A DNA stretch of 64,000 nucleotides, taken from the sequence record OQ708376.1. The stretch is one strand, 5' to 3'. How positions within the stretch are numbered: the first letter of the stretch is position 1; each line of letters starts with the position of its first letter. The position numbers and the translations under genes are program-made. The notes below the pieces were generated by a model. That model saw only the letters and a program-made list of their open reading frames with translations, was not told the origin of the DNA and searched no databases. Below, in pieces: positions 1 through 13,423 of the stretch.

Positions 1-2
1 AA

Positions 3-563
3 AATAAAATCTTAGCATATACTAACTATAGAGTTAATTTGGCTAATATCTACATTAGAAGTCAACTATTTGAAGTACCAGATGAATTTACTAAAGGTGA
101 GCCAATTGTTTTTGAAAGCATAACTGAGAATAGTCCATATGTAGTACAACAAATTATACAATGTCCTGAAGTAAAACGTGAAAGTTTCATGGGAATAGAT
201 TGTTGGCAATTCCGTTTACCTAATGGTAGTTATATTTTAGGTGTAGGACCAGAAACAAGAATTGCAATGGACGAAAAACTTGATAAACTTGTTAAGGATA
301 TTGAGAAAAAAGAAATAAATCCATTGACAAAGAAACCATATATGTGGCAGGATTACTATGTAATTAAGAACAAATTACATATCATCAATTATCCTTATGC
401 AACCACTGTTCATAAATCACAAGGAAGTACTTTTGATAACATTTGGTTTGATACTGATTTTATTGAACGTATTGGTACAAATGATACTAAGTGTAGAATT
501 TTATACACTGCCATGACACGCCCACGCTATAGTGTTATGTTGAGGCAAAATGCACGATTCTAA
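3..563 (+). CDS. RecD/Dda-like SF1B helicase, C-terminal part (5' end outside window)
   Basis: YPYATTVHKSQGSTFD and LYTAMTRPR match helicase motifs V/VI; frame is open from base 3. Confidence 0.8.
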   Translation, partial: NKILAYTNYRVNLANIYIRSQLFEVPDEFTKGEPIVFESITENSPYVVQQIIQCPEVKRESFMGIDCWQFRLPNGSYILGVGPETRIAMDEKLDKLVKDIEKKEINPLTKKPYMWQDYYVIKNKLHIINYPYATTVHKSQGSTFDNIWFDTDFIERIGTNDTKCRILYTAMTRPRYSVMLRQNARF

Positions 564-603
564 AAGACTAAATGTTATACGTAAATATTTTTGATTTTTA
601 ATA

Positions 604-610
604 ATAAATA
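604..610 (+). promoter_or_regulatory. T4-late-like promoter (ATAAATA)
   Basis: ATAAATA about 40 nt upstream of ATG 647; the same motif precedes other putative late genes. Confidence 0.5.
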
Positions 611-646
611 ATCAAAAGTGTTTTGTATTATGGAGAAGAATATACA

Positions 647-1213
647 ATGAACAATTTACTACAAGTATTTAAAATTGAAGTTGCAGGGACGAACCTAGAT
701 AATATCCCATATTATATGTATGGTGATTATGATTCATCTTCCCCAACAACCGCACCGACTGACCAGCAAACTATTGATAAGTCAATTGCACTTTTGCGTT
801 ACCTACAACTTTCTCGTTTGCTTTCAACTTATTCAGTACCAGTTTATAGCAATGTTGAATTTGCTACACCAGGAACTGCAAAAACGATTCCAACTGGTGC
901 AACAATCACCGTTGGATATATTAGTTATCAACCTTTTCTTAGTACTTTGAGTGTTGAAGAACAAGCAGCACTAACTACTGAAGATATGAAAACAGCAAAA
1001 GCTGCTGAGATTATCCAAACACTAATCAATGATTCATTGAAAGGTAATGGCACTAATGCACTAGAAAATGAAGAAATTACTGTACAAAAAACCATACAAC
1101 GTATCAAGAATGCTCTTACTACGAGTACTGTTGATTTCATTGAGTATGAGAACGTGTATCTTAATGTTCCTTCTGTTTCTGATGCATCTGTAGTATCTTA
1201 CGTTAAATTATAA
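647..1213 (+). CDS. hypothetical protein, probably late/virion
   Basis: GGAG at 632 then ATG 647; late-type promoter upstream. Confidence 0.7.
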   Translation: MNNLLQVFKIEVAGTNLDNIPYYMYGDYDSSSPTTAPTDQQTIDKSIALLRYLQLSRLLSTYSVPVYSNVEFATPGTAKTIPTGATITVGYISYQPFLSTLSVEEQAALTTEDMKTAKAAEIIQTLINDSLKGNGTNALENEEITVQKTIQRIKNALTTSTVDFIEYENVYLNVPSVSDASVVSYVKL

Positions 1214-1236
1214 TTTTATAACATGGAGTTCTTGAC

Positions 1237-1431
1237 ATGACTGACAAAACATTTTATGATCGTATTATTGAAGACAAGGGAGTTTTTGATAAGGTAGTTT
1301 ATGACCTAGAACTTATGATCAAAGACGCACCGAACCCCCGTGTGCGAACCCAAGCAGAATTTGCAAAAACTTATCTTGTTCAAGTTCAAGCAATCTGTGA
1401 AGCAATTAAAAAACACAATGATAGTGCTTGA
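1237..1431 (+). CDS. hypothetical protein
   Basis: ORF with GGAG RBS. Confidence 0.65.
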   Translation: MTDKTFYDRIIEDKGVFDKVVYDLELMIKDAPNPRVRTQAEFAKTYLVQVQAICEAIKKHNDSA

Positions 1432-1456
1432 CAGAACTAATGTTCTATCCTATAAT
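1428..1456 (+). promoter_or_regulatory. sigma70 consensus promoter
   Basis: TTGACA-17-TATAAT. Confidence 0.85.
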
Positions 1457-1500
1457 TACTATCGAACAAAACATTAAAATCATATTGGAGCTTTTATTAC

Positions 1501-2563
<1,063 letters not shown>

Positions 2564-2574
2564 AATATAGACTT

Positions 2575-4740
<2,166 letters not shown>

Positions 4741-4741
<1 letters not shown>

Positions 4742-5532
4742 TGCCAAGTAAGAGTAAAAGTCAGGCTAAATTCTTCGCAGCCGCCGCACACAATCCAGAA
4801 TTTGCAAAGAAAGCTGGAATTTCGCAAAGTGCTGCTAAAGAATGGAATGCCGCTGATGAAAAGGAAGGAAATCTTAAAAAAAGTTCTAAACTTCCTAATA
4901 AAGTAAAAGAAGCAAGTATGCGTAGTTTAGTCGATATTGTACAAGATGCAGAATTAGCTGATACAGACGACAGAACTTGTGATATAATGGATTCATGTGA
5001 AGACGACAAAGATAAGTTGGATGAAATGCCACAACGTTTCGATAGTTTTCAAGGTCAAGACCGAGACGAGTTTGTCGATAAAACTGCCGAAATGACAGGT
5101 AAGCACAACATGGTTAAGTTCGCAGAACATAAAGACTATGATGTATATATGAACAAAAACGGTACTGGATTTATCGCTTACGATAAGTCTGGTAAACAGC
5201 TTGCTATAGTTAGTGGGCATTTATCCAATGATGCAGTACTTGGTGTTCAAAACGTTTTTGAAATTGCCGCAACTGCATCTAAAACTGGAACTAAAGGTAT
5301 AATTTATAATATTTTTATGGATATGATATCACATGGTATTAAAGTTCTGAGTGATAGTCTGCATACTGATGATGCAATTAAATTCTGGACCCGTTTAATT
5401 GGTTCCCATCAAGTTTATATTGTTGGTGGTGGTGAAGTACTTGCAAAGGCGAGTCCAGATAAGGTTCATAAGTACTGGAGTGATGATGAATCAAGTCCAA
5501 GTGCCGAACTTCAACTTATGTTAGTAAAATAA
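4741..5532 (+). CDS. hypothetical protein, C-terminal GNAT-like region
   Basis: VLSDSLHTDDAIKFWTRL resembles phage GNAT motif B; N-terminal MPSKSKSQAKFFAAAAHNPEFAKK module. Confidence 0.5.
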
Positions 5533-5536
5533 TAAT

Positions 5537-5569
5537 ATATCGGGACAAATTGTTCCGATATTTTTTTTT
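5537..5569 (+). terminator. intrinsic terminator
   Basis: ATATCGGGAC...GTTCCGATAT followed by a T-run. Confidence 0.75.
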
Positions 5570-5631
5570 GAGACAAACAAAACATTGGTGATACAATGTT
5601 TTATGACAAAGAGACATGATAAGGAATTCAA

Positions 5632-7596
5632 ATGGCTAAGAAAGAAAGTGCTGTTCTACAGGAACATGATGTTCAACGACTAAATGATTATCAACATGCT
5701 CGTTTGCGTACCGAGATGTATCTTGGTTCTCGTTCAGTGCATGAAAGTCAAGTACTGATTTTTGGCGAATCAGGTTATGAGGTTAAGAACGTAGAATGGG
5801 TTCCTGCAATTCTTACTGCTACACGTGAAATTATTGATAACAGCTTAGATGAATTTAAAAAAGCTGGAACCAAAGAACCTGTTTTGAAAGTTGATTTCAA
5901 TGAAGAAGAACTATCATTTGACATTAGTGACAATGGACGTGGTATTCCAATTGATTATGTTCCAGAGTATCAAAAAAACTTGTGTACTATGGTAATGACT
6001 GAAACAAAAACAGGCCGTAACTTTGACGATTCAAAACGTGATGAAACGATTGGTCAGAATGGTTTAGGTGGTTCTGTTGCAATGATTGTCAGTTCTAAGG
6101 CAGAGTTAGAAATTCATCGCCAAGGTCGTCCGTATAAAACACAAAGTAGTAATGATGGTTATGATGGGTTTTATAAGTTCAATCAGAAGTTTGAGGAAGG
6201 AACTATTATGTTCCCTGAGCTTCATGTACACGAACCTACTATTAGAAAGGTACAAACCGATAAAACTGGAACAACAATTCGTTTTACTTTGAGTAAAGAA
6301 GTTTTTCCAAACAGAAAACTACCAACCGAATTACTTTATAGTATTCTTAAAGAAATGGCAGCAGCTAACCCAACTTATAAAATCTTTCTGAACGGGAAAC
6401 GTATTGCTATTAAAGGAAACACTGAAAAAGCACTCTTCAATGCATCTAAATTAATGCAGTTGAATGTTAAAGATGATTCATTCAATTTTAACAGTACTTT
6501 TTATATTGTTCCTAATGCAGTAGCTGGCATGAACACGAATTTCCATATGCATGGGTTGGTTAACAATGCTCCTGCATTTGATGGTGGTACACATCTTGAT
6601 ACATTCAAGAAATTCTTCTCACTCGGTGTAGGAACTGCACTAGAGAAAGAATCTAAGAAACGTAGGATGAAACCTAATCGTTCTGATATTGAAGAAGGTT
6701 TGTTGATTTATAATGTCACAACTATGAAAGCACCTTCATTCAACTCACAGATTAAATCTAAACTAACTAATGAAAACGTAATCCGTCCAATTCAACAAGC
6801 TATGAGTACCGAATGGTTTGATGAATTAGTTAAGAAGAACAAAGAATGGGTTGATGAAATCTTCGAACGTTGTGCTGCCCGTACAAATAAGAAAGATGCA
6901 GAAGAAGATCGTCGCCTAGCAAAGAAACTTCTAAAAGGTAAAGTTGCAAAACTATTGGATAGTACTGGAACAGACCGTTCACAGTGTATTCTATTGATTG
7001 CAGAAGGTGACTCTGCAATTTCCAACATGGCTAGTGCTCGTATACCAAGTATTCATGGTATTCTACCATTGCGTGGGAAAATTATGAACGTCAGTGGTAC
7101 TGAGAAAACCAAAGAATTAATGGATTCAATGGCTTTACATGATATAATGGCTAGTATCAACTTAGTTCCAGGTGTTAAAGCAGAACGTTCTGAACTAAAC
7201 TATGGTAAGCTTTACATCTGTGCTGATGAAGATGAAGATGGGAAGAACATTGGTGCTCTAGTGTGTAACTTCTTATTTAAATTCTGGCCTGAATTGTTTC
7301 AAGACCCAGAAAATCCATTTGTGTATGTATTCAAAACACCATTTATCATTCTTGAGAAAGGTAAAGAATCAAAATACTACTATGGTCATAATGTGCATGA
7401 ATATAACCCAGATGATTGGAAAGGCTGGAAAGCAACGCGTGCAAAAGGTTTAGGAACTTTAGAAAAAGCAAACTTCCGTGATGCATTCACTAATAGTGTT
7501 GCAGTAGCGATCACCGATGATGGCCGTCTTGGTGAAACTCTTGATTTGATTTTCAACAAGAAACGTGCAGATGATCGTAAGAACTGGATGGAATAA
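5632..7596 (+). CDS. DNA topoisomerase II large subunit (GyrB-like ATPase+TOPRIM; fused T4 gp39+gp60 equivalent)
   Basis: EIIDNSLDE, DNGRGIP, GQNGLGG (GHKL); IAEGDSA, PLRGK, ADEDEDG, KGLG (TOPRIM). Confidence 0.95.
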   Translation: MAKKESAVLQEHDVQRLNDYQHARLRTEMYLGSRSVHESQVLIFGESGYEVKNVEWVPAILTATREIIDNSLDEFKKAGTKEPVLKVDFNEEELSFDISDNGRGIPIDYVPEYQKNLCTMVMTETKTGRNFDDSKRDETIGQNGLGGSVAMIVSSKAELEIHRQGRPYKTQSSNDGYDGFYKFNQKFEEGTIMFPELHVHEPTIRKVQTDKTGTTIRFTLSKEVFPNRKLPTELLYSILKEMAAANPTYKIFLNGKRIAIKGNTEKALFNASKLMQLNVKDDSFNFNSTFYIVPNAVAGMNTNFHMHGLVNNAPAFDGGTHLDTFKKFFSLGVGTALEKESKKRRMKPNRSDIEEGLLIYNVTTMKAPSFNSQIKSKLTNENVIRPIQQAMSTEWFDELVKKNKEWVDEIFERCAARTNKKDAEEDRRLAKKLLKGKVAKLLDSTGTDRSQCILLIAEGDSAISNMASARIPSIHGILPLRGKIMNVSGTEKTKELMDSMALHDIMASINLVPGVKAERSELNYGKLYICADEDEDGKNIGALVCNFLFKFWPELFQDPENPFVYVFKTPFIILEKGKESKYYYGHNVHEYNPDDWKGWKATRAKGLGTLEKANFRDAFTNSVAVAITDDGRLGETLDLIFNKKRADDRKNWME

Positions 7597-7607
7597 TATA
7601 GACTAAT

Positions 7608-7630
7608 GGGGAACATGGTGTTCCCCTTTT
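7608..7630 (+). terminator. hairpin/terminator between topoisomerase subunits
   Basis: GGGGAAC-ATGGT-GTTCCCC-TTTT. Confidence 0.6.
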
Positions 7631-7646
7631 ACCAAGAGACAATGGA

Positions 7647-9059
7647 ATGGCTAAAAGTAAAAAAACAGAAAATCATAATATCGATAACCAAACACTAACT
7701 CTACTAGATTATAACAGTTCTGATTATGTGAATACAACATCACTAGAATATTCGATGTATACACTAGACCGTGCTATTCCTGGAATTGATGGTCTAAAGA
7801 GTTCACAACGTAAAGCAATCTTCACATTATCTAAAATTAGTGGGGAAATTAAAACAGTATCATGTGCTGGAAAAATGATTAGTGATGGTATCTATCTTCA
7901 TGGGGACACGTCAGCATCAGGAACACTTCAAAATCTAGCATCTCCAGTAGCTAACAACTATCCTCTTATTGGAAAACGTGGTGGTTTTGGTACACAAGTA
8001 AACAGTACACCAGCATCTGCTCGTTACACTTATGTTAAAAAGAATAAGAGTACTGAGATGCTTGTTTTGCGTGATGCTGATATTATACCAATGAAAGAGA
8101 ACTATGACGGGACAACATATGAACCTGTTCATTTCTTGCCTATTATTCCATTATCATTGTTTGGTAATGATAGTATGTCAGTTGGTTATAAGAGTACAAT
8201 TCTACCACATAAAATTGAAGATATTATTGATAATTGCATTCGTGCTATTGATAAAAAACCACTAAAAGAAATGACCCCATATTATGTTTCATGTGGTGCA
8301 AGTGATGTTGTGACTAAGCTTGATGAAAATAAGTATGAATTCTATGGTAAAGCTGAGGTTATTGATGCAAGCACTGTTAAAGTAACAGGCTTACCACCTA
8401 ATTACAGTATTGAGAAATTCATCGAAAAACTAATCAAAATGAGTGATGATGGTGAGATTCGTGATTATGACAATGATAGTACTGATGTAATTGATATTAC
8501 CATTAAACTTCCACGTGGAACGTCAGCTAAATGGACAGAGATGGATGTTATTGAGTATTTTGGCATTAACAAAAAAATGACTCAACATTTAACTGTTCTA
8601 GGTGAAAATGGCAAAGTGAAAGTTTACGATACTACGATGGATTTGATTAAAGACTTCGTTGATTTCCGTTTCAAATATTACATCAAGCGTTATGAAAAGA
8701 AACTTGATGATTGTGCTGCTGAAGTTCGTTATAAAATTCTAATTAAAGAATGTTTCGATAATGATATGATTGCTAAGGTAAAAGGATTTGCAAACCGTGC
8801 TGAAATGGTTGAATTCGTTAAATCGTTAAATACCGAAATTGAAGCAACGGAAGAGAATATTCAAAGCATTGTAAACTTCCCTTCATATCGCTGGACGCAA
8901 GATAATTATCAATCAGTACTACAAGATATTCAAGATAATCTTGATTTGATGGATAAGTACAATGAACTGTTATCTAATCATGACTTAATTTGGGACATTT
9001 ATAAATCTGAACTAAAAGAACTAAGAAAGATTGACTTTACTCCTAAATCAGACAATTGA
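7647..9059 (+). CDS. DNA topoisomerase II medium subunit (GyrA-like, T4 gp52 equivalent)
   Basis: RAIPGIDGLKSSQRK, YLHGDTS, catalytic ASARYT. Confidence 0.95.
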   Translation: MAKSKKTENHNIDNQTLTLLDYNSSDYVNTTSLEYSMYTLDRAIPGIDGLKSSQRKAIFTLSKISGEIKTVSCAGKMISDGIYLHGDTSASGTLQNLASPVANNYPLIGKRGGFGTQVNSTPASARYTYVKKNKSTEMLVLRDADIIPMKENYDGTTYEPVHFLPIIPLSLFGNDSMSVGYKSTILPHKIEDIIDNCIRAIDKKPLKEMTPYYVSCGASDVVTKLDENKYEFYGKAEVIDASTVKVTGLPPNYSIEKFIEKLIKMSDDGEIRDYDNDSTDVIDITIKLPRGTSAKWTEMDVIEYFGINKKMTQHLTVLGENGKVKVYDTTMDLIKDFVDFRFKYYIKRYEKKLDDCAAEVRYKILIKECFDNDMIAKVKGFANRAEMVEFVKSLNTEIEATEENIQSIVNFPSYRWTQDNYQSVLQDIQDNLDLMDKYNELLSNHDLIWDIYKSELKELRKIDFTPKSDN

Positions 9060-9069
9060 TATATTTAAT

Positions 9070-9108
9070 GGAAGACCTTATGGGTCTTCCTTGTCCTTTA
9101 TATAAATA
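9070..9108 (+). promoter_or_regulatory. terminator hairpin followed by T4-type late promoter TATAAATA
   Basis: GGAAGACC-TTATG-GGTCTTCC (9070-9090); TATAAATA at 9101-9108. Confidence 0.7.
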
Positions 9109-9146
9109 ATCTATAGATAATGGCAGCTTGGCTATGGAGAATTATA

Positions 9147-11540
9147 ATGACAACTTTTACCCCACGATGGGATATAAAAGCCGATGCTCGATATATACAA
9201 GAAGGACAAGACATTCTTGTGCGTTTGAGTATCAATAAAGAAAGCACAACGGATGATAGCTATGTATTAAATGAAGATGAATACTTAGAAATGATTCTTA
9301 ACATACAATGCTTGGATAGTTCAGGTGCTGTATTTGATCCAGAACCACATTATACTTTTTATGTTGGTAATGACGAAAATACTTTTGTTCCTATTTCAGA
9401 TGGTACAACTGGTAATAAATTAGTAAATGGTAAGCATAAGTGTAAAATCAGCAAAAATGAATTTAACTTATCTGCAAGTACTAATAGTGAAGATGTTTAT
9501 TTTATAAAAATTCATTGTAAAAATGATGGAACCTATAATAATACAGAAATTATAAATTTTTATTTACAAGCAGTAAATGTTATGTATTTTGGAAATATTT
9601 CACCAAGTGGTGTTCTAGGATTAACTGATACATCAATAACATATGATAGTCAAGAAGTTTGGGTTACACCAGGAGTTGAGATTGGTGATGACAAAAAGCT
9701 TTATTGTATTGGTGATGTTGAGTATGGCTCCAACAGTACATTGTTCGTTCAAGGATTTGGAAGAAGACGACCTTTCATTTTGGGTACTGACATGACTACT
9801 GATATTACACCTCGTGTCTTTTTTCCAGCATATCGTTTGATTGACATGGATATTTCTGAAGTTCCAGATAAACATATTACGAATGATTTCGCAGTATTCA
9901 AGCCAGCACAATCAACATGGCCTATTTCTGGTATAAACAAAGAAGTAAAAGTTAATATTCAAAATAGAAATGGTAATTTAATTGACACTGGAATGGTGTT
10001 CAACCCAAATGGGCAATTATTGCAAACATTTTTATATGACTCAGATGCTTGTGATGCATATTTTAAAGTTGAGATTGTTGATATATTAAGTACATACACC
10101 GAAGAAAGTGAAAGGTTTGCTATCAATCAACGATATAAAGCATATCAAATGTGGGTTTGTCCTGAAGACATAGATACTATATATTCTATTTCAGAAAAAC
10201 CACTACCCAATCATTTATATCAATTAAAAGATAATGTTGTGTATCCATACGTAATTAGTGGTGAATACGATAATGGAACAATTAAGCCCGTTTATGATAG
10301 TAGTGATTGGATTGATTTAGGATATTATGACTCTACTCTTGGTGATAATATCATTGGTATGCAAAAAATGTTCAGGGTTTTGATAAACGCAGAAGAAGGT
10401 AATAATATAAACTTTATTACTGATAGTGATTTAGGAACCATACATGTTGGTGAATATTTTGGAGACAGTATATATCCTAAAATTGAAACTGATAGCTCTA
10501 ATCAAGTTTCGTATGTTTTAGATGGTGGTGATGACATTAGAAAGTATGGGATAGATTTGACACCAGATGGATATCTTGTAGGAACTGCATATGCCAAAAG
10601 TATTGATTTTAGTGAAAATGATGATATTAAATTATCGTTTTATGTTAAAGCATTTAGTACTGAAGGTGGTGAAGCAAGAAAAATATTTAACCTTAAGATT
10701 GTAAGAGGATTCGGACAGAATTATTTGAGTGCACATGTATTACCTTCGGTTGCATTTGAGAGAGAATGGTTTAAATGTATAAGTACTTCATCATTCACTA
10801 ATCAACTATTTTTCCGACAATCTGACAATAGATATGGTCTTCAGAAAATACCGAAGATGTTATTGAAAGAAAACTTCCTAAGTCAAACGTATCCATATAC
10901 TAACCTTTCTGATATCAAGAAAGTATTGAGAAATAGTATAATTAACCCAAATGGAACTACTATTCCAAATGGAAAATTTAAAATGGTAATGGGTAATTAT
11001 AAAATAATATCAGCACTTGACAATCAAGGTAACTTACAATATGATCTATTATATAGAGAGGTTTTACCTGAAGGTTCTTTAGTATCTGTATCCAAAAATC
11101 CACGTCAATATACTCAAATCGACAACGGTCAGCTTGGTGAATTATTTGGTTTACGACAAAATATTTTTCAGGCTATTGGTGAAGACACAACCAACTTAGT
11201 AAAAGACCCAACCGATTTACAAAATCGTGGTCTATACGTTGATGCGATACCAAGTATCAGTGATGAAATGCTTGATACGGTCCCAAGATTTATGAATCAC
11301 CCATACATTGAAGATGGTATACAGAAAAAATTCATGCCTATCATTCCAGTTGCATATTGTCAACCAGGCAAAGGTGAAGCATTTTTCAACACTTTACTTC
11401 AGAACAATGAACATGGTACAATGGTAGGTGTAGAGTTCGAAATCACATCGGTTGAATTCGGATACTTTTCGCATGAATCAGTGAATTATGTTTCAGATAC
11501 ATTTTTGATTACATTGCAAAACAATAACATAGGAGGTTAA
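9147..11540 (+). CDS. putative virion structural protein (baseplate wedge-like)
   Basis: late promoter; beta-rich 797 aa; ITDSDLGTIHVGEY and PRFM...IPVAYCQPGKG resemble jumbo-phage baseplate proteins from memory only. Confidence 0.55.
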   Translation: MTTFTPRWDIKADARYIQEGQDILVRLSINKESTTDDSYVLNEDEYLEMILNIQCLDSSGAVFDPEPHYTFYVGNDENTFVPISDGTTGNKLVNGKHKCKISKNEFNLSASTNSEDVYFIKIHCKNDGTYNNTEIINFYLQAVNVMYFGNISPSGVLGLTDTSITYDSQEVWVTPGVEIGDDKKLYCIGDVEYGSNSTLFVQGFGRRRPFILGTDMTTDITPRVFFPAYRLIDMDISEVPDKHITNDFAVFKPAQSTWPISGINKEVKVNIQNRNGNLIDTGMVFNPNGQLLQTFLYDSDACDAYFKVEIVDILSTYTEESERFAINQRYKAYQMWVCPEDIDTIYSISEKPLPNHLYQLKDNVVYPYVISGEYDNGTIKPVYDSSDWIDLGYYDSTLGDNIIGMQKMFRVLINAEEGNNINFITDSDLGTIHVGEYFGDSIYPKIETDSSNQVSYVLDGGDDIRKYGIDLTPDGYLVGTAYAKSIDFSENDDIKLSFYVKAFSTEGGEARKIFNLKIVRGFGQNYLSAHVLPSVAFEREWFKCISTSSFTNQLFFRQSDNRYGLQKIPKMLLKENFLSQTYPYTNLSDIKKVLRNSIINPNGTTIPNGKFKMVMGNYKIISALDNQGNLQYDLLYREVLPEGSLVSVSKNPRQYTQIDNGQLGELFGLRQNIFQAIGEDTTNLVKDPTDLQNRGLYVDAIPSISDEMLDTVPRFMNHPYIEDGIQKKFMPIIPVAYCQPGKGEAFFNTLLQNNEHGTMVGVEFEITSVEFGYFSHESVNYVSDTFLITLQNNNIGG

Positions 11541-11541
11541 T

Positions 11542-11853
11542 ATGTTTAATCCGTTTTTTGACCCGTCTGGAATGACGGAAAAAGAACTACAGTTAAAAAT
11601 TAATGAACAGTCAATGCGTTTAACTTCTGCTCGTGCTGCTGGCCTAAGCGACATGATTATTGGTAATATGCAAACTGTCTTAAATCAATGTTATGCTGAA
11701 CTAGAACTTCGCCAAGGACAAAAAGAAAAAACTGTTTATGACGAAGAAGATCCATGTATCTTCGATATGGATTCATATCTAACTGACAACGAAGAGGCCC
11801 AGAAGAAGAAAAATGAAAGTACAAGGAAACAGATTTATAAGTCCCAATGGTGA
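11542..11853 (+). CDS. hypothetical protein
   Basis: GGAGG RBS, coupled to upstream gene. Confidence 0.75.
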   Translation: MFNPFFDPSGMTEKELQLKINEQSMRLTSARAAGLSDMIIGNMQTVLNQCYAELELRQGQKEKTVYDEEDPCIFDMDSYLTDNEEAQKKKNESTRKQIYKSQW

Positions 11854-12331
11854 TGTGAAATGTAATCTTAACGCAGTTGTTTATGCAATCAATTGCGGTG
11901 CAGATATCCAGTACTTACAATTGCAGGAAATTGATGAACCTGAAAGGTTGAAATTCAATGATAACTGTAAAAAATTTGGCTTAGAACAACGTATGCTGGA
12001 TTATACAATTGAGCATGATAAAAATCATGAACTGTGGCGATATGATCCAGTATACGACAATATAAATCTGCGTGACTTTTTCTTACAAAAATGCACATCC
12101 GATGAAGCACGAAAACGTGTTGAGTATGAACTTGATTTATATGAATATTATAATATGACAAAGCTACTAAGATGTATGATATGGCTTGTTGATTATATGG
12201 AAGAAAATGAGATCTTTTGGGGTCTAGGTCGTGGAAGCTCTGTTGCATCATACTGTTTGTTTTTGATTGGACTACATATGGTAGATTCATTGAAGTATGA
12301 ACTTGATGTTAACGAATTTTTGAAATGGTAG
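11813..12331 (+). CDS. dnaE: DNA polymerase III alpha-subunit fragment (split DnaE)
   Basis: WGLGRGSSVASYCLFLIGLHMVDSLKYELDVNEFL aligns with DnaE [34 protein letters not shown]. Confidence 0.75.
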   Translation: MKVQGNRFISPNGDVKCNLNAVVYAINCGADIQYLQLQEIDEPERLKFNDNCKKFGLEQRMLDYTIEHDKNHELWRYDPVYDNINLRDFFLQKCTSDEARKRVEYELDLYEYYNMTKLLRCMIWLVDYMEENEIFWGLGRGSSVASYCLFLIGLHMVDSLKYELDVNEFLKW

Positions 12332-12394
12332 AAAAACATGTGATATAATGTTTATTGTAGGCTTATATCACACATACAATAAAAGGATTTTGAT

Positions 12395-12739
12395 ATGTCT
12401 AAACATACAACTTATCGTGGTACAACAATTGACATGGATATGCTCAAGTACCAAAATCAACATCAGGTAGCATTAGGTAATGCTAATTTAAACGCACGTG
12501 GTGATAAAATCGGTTCAGGTGGAACAATTATTAAAACTCGTGAAGAGTTGATTCAAGAAAAAGAACGAGAAATGCAAATTCCTGATTATATCCCTGAACA
12601 TCAACTTCATAGTACTGAACATGGTACGGATGAAGTATGGGATGATGAGAGTTTTGAAGTTAAGCCCGAAGAACAAGAAGCTGAGGTTTCTGAAGAGAAG
12701 AAAGCACCACGTCGAGCTAGAACCAAAGATCAGGAGTAA
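12395..12739 (+). CDS. hypothetical protein, acidic C-terminus
   Basis: AAGGA RBS; extended -10 TGATATAAT upstream. Confidence 0.75.
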   Translation: MSKHTTYRGTTIDMDMLKYQNQHQVALGNANLNARGDKIGSGGTIIKTREELIQEKEREMQIPDYIPEHQLHSTEHGTDEVWDDESFEVKPEEQEAEVSEEKKAPRRARTKDQE

Positions 12740-12747
12740 TATATTAA

Positions 12748-13074
12748 ATGACTAATAAAGTAATGACTGCATGTAAAGGTAAAGTACTGGTAACTGAACT
12801 GGAACATGGTGAACGCAAAACAGCAGGTGGTATCGTTTTAACAAACGATGACGGTAAAATTAGAGGTATTCGTTCTCGCTGGGCAAAAGTTTATTCTGTA
12901 GGCGAAGACATTACTGATATTAAAGAAGGTCAATGGATTTTAATTGATCATGGTCGATGGTCAAGAACTATTGAAGTTGATGGTATTGAATTAAACTTGG
13001 TTGATTATCCAGCCGCAGTTAGTTTAGTTTCAGATGAAGATCCACGAACTAAAATGCTAACCTTTGGTCGTTAA
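12748..13074 (+). CDS. groES: GroES-like co-chaperonin
   Basis: GKVLVTELEHGERKTAGGIVL...VYSVG...DIKEGQWIL. Confidence 0.85.
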   Translation: MTNKVMTACKGKVLVTELEHGERKTAGGIVLTNDDGKIRGIRSRWAKVYSVGEDITDIKEGQWILIDHGRWSRTIEVDGIELNLVDYPAAVSLVSDEDPRTKMLTFGR

Positions 13075-13087
13075 TAAAATATAATTA

Positions 13088-13114
13088 AAGCTCGGATGAA
13101 TATCTGGGCTTTTT
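13088..13114 (+). terminator. intrinsic terminator
   Basis: AAGCTCGGA-TGAATA-TCTGGGCTT-TTT. Confidence 0.65.
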
Positions 13115-13127
13115 ATTTGGACAGATT

Positions 13128-13400
13128 TTGATGATAACTGATGATGGAAAATTTAGTTTCAAGGATGTAACATTAGTATCTAAAAACGGAAGATTCATGT
13201 TTGAAGATAGAAAAAATACCAAATATGTATATGAAGTTTCACATGATATGTTTAAAGTTTTATTAGTTGCATCGGCCCAAGCTGAAAGTACTGGGATTAA
13301 AAATAAGGCAAATTCTTTTAATTTTTTATTAAATCAATTGGAAATGACAGAAGAACTTTTCACGGCTTTATTATATAATTCAGCCGATTGGATTCTATAA
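13128..13400 (+). CDS. hypothetical protein
   Basis: ORF track; fills the gap before RFC. Confidence 0.6.
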   Translation: MMITDDGKFSFKDVTLVSKNGRFMFEDRKNTKYVYEVSHDMFKVLLVASAQAESTGIKNKANSFNFLLNQLEMTEELFTALLYNSADWIL

Positions 13401-13423
13401 CACGTACACATAAGGAAATAAAA

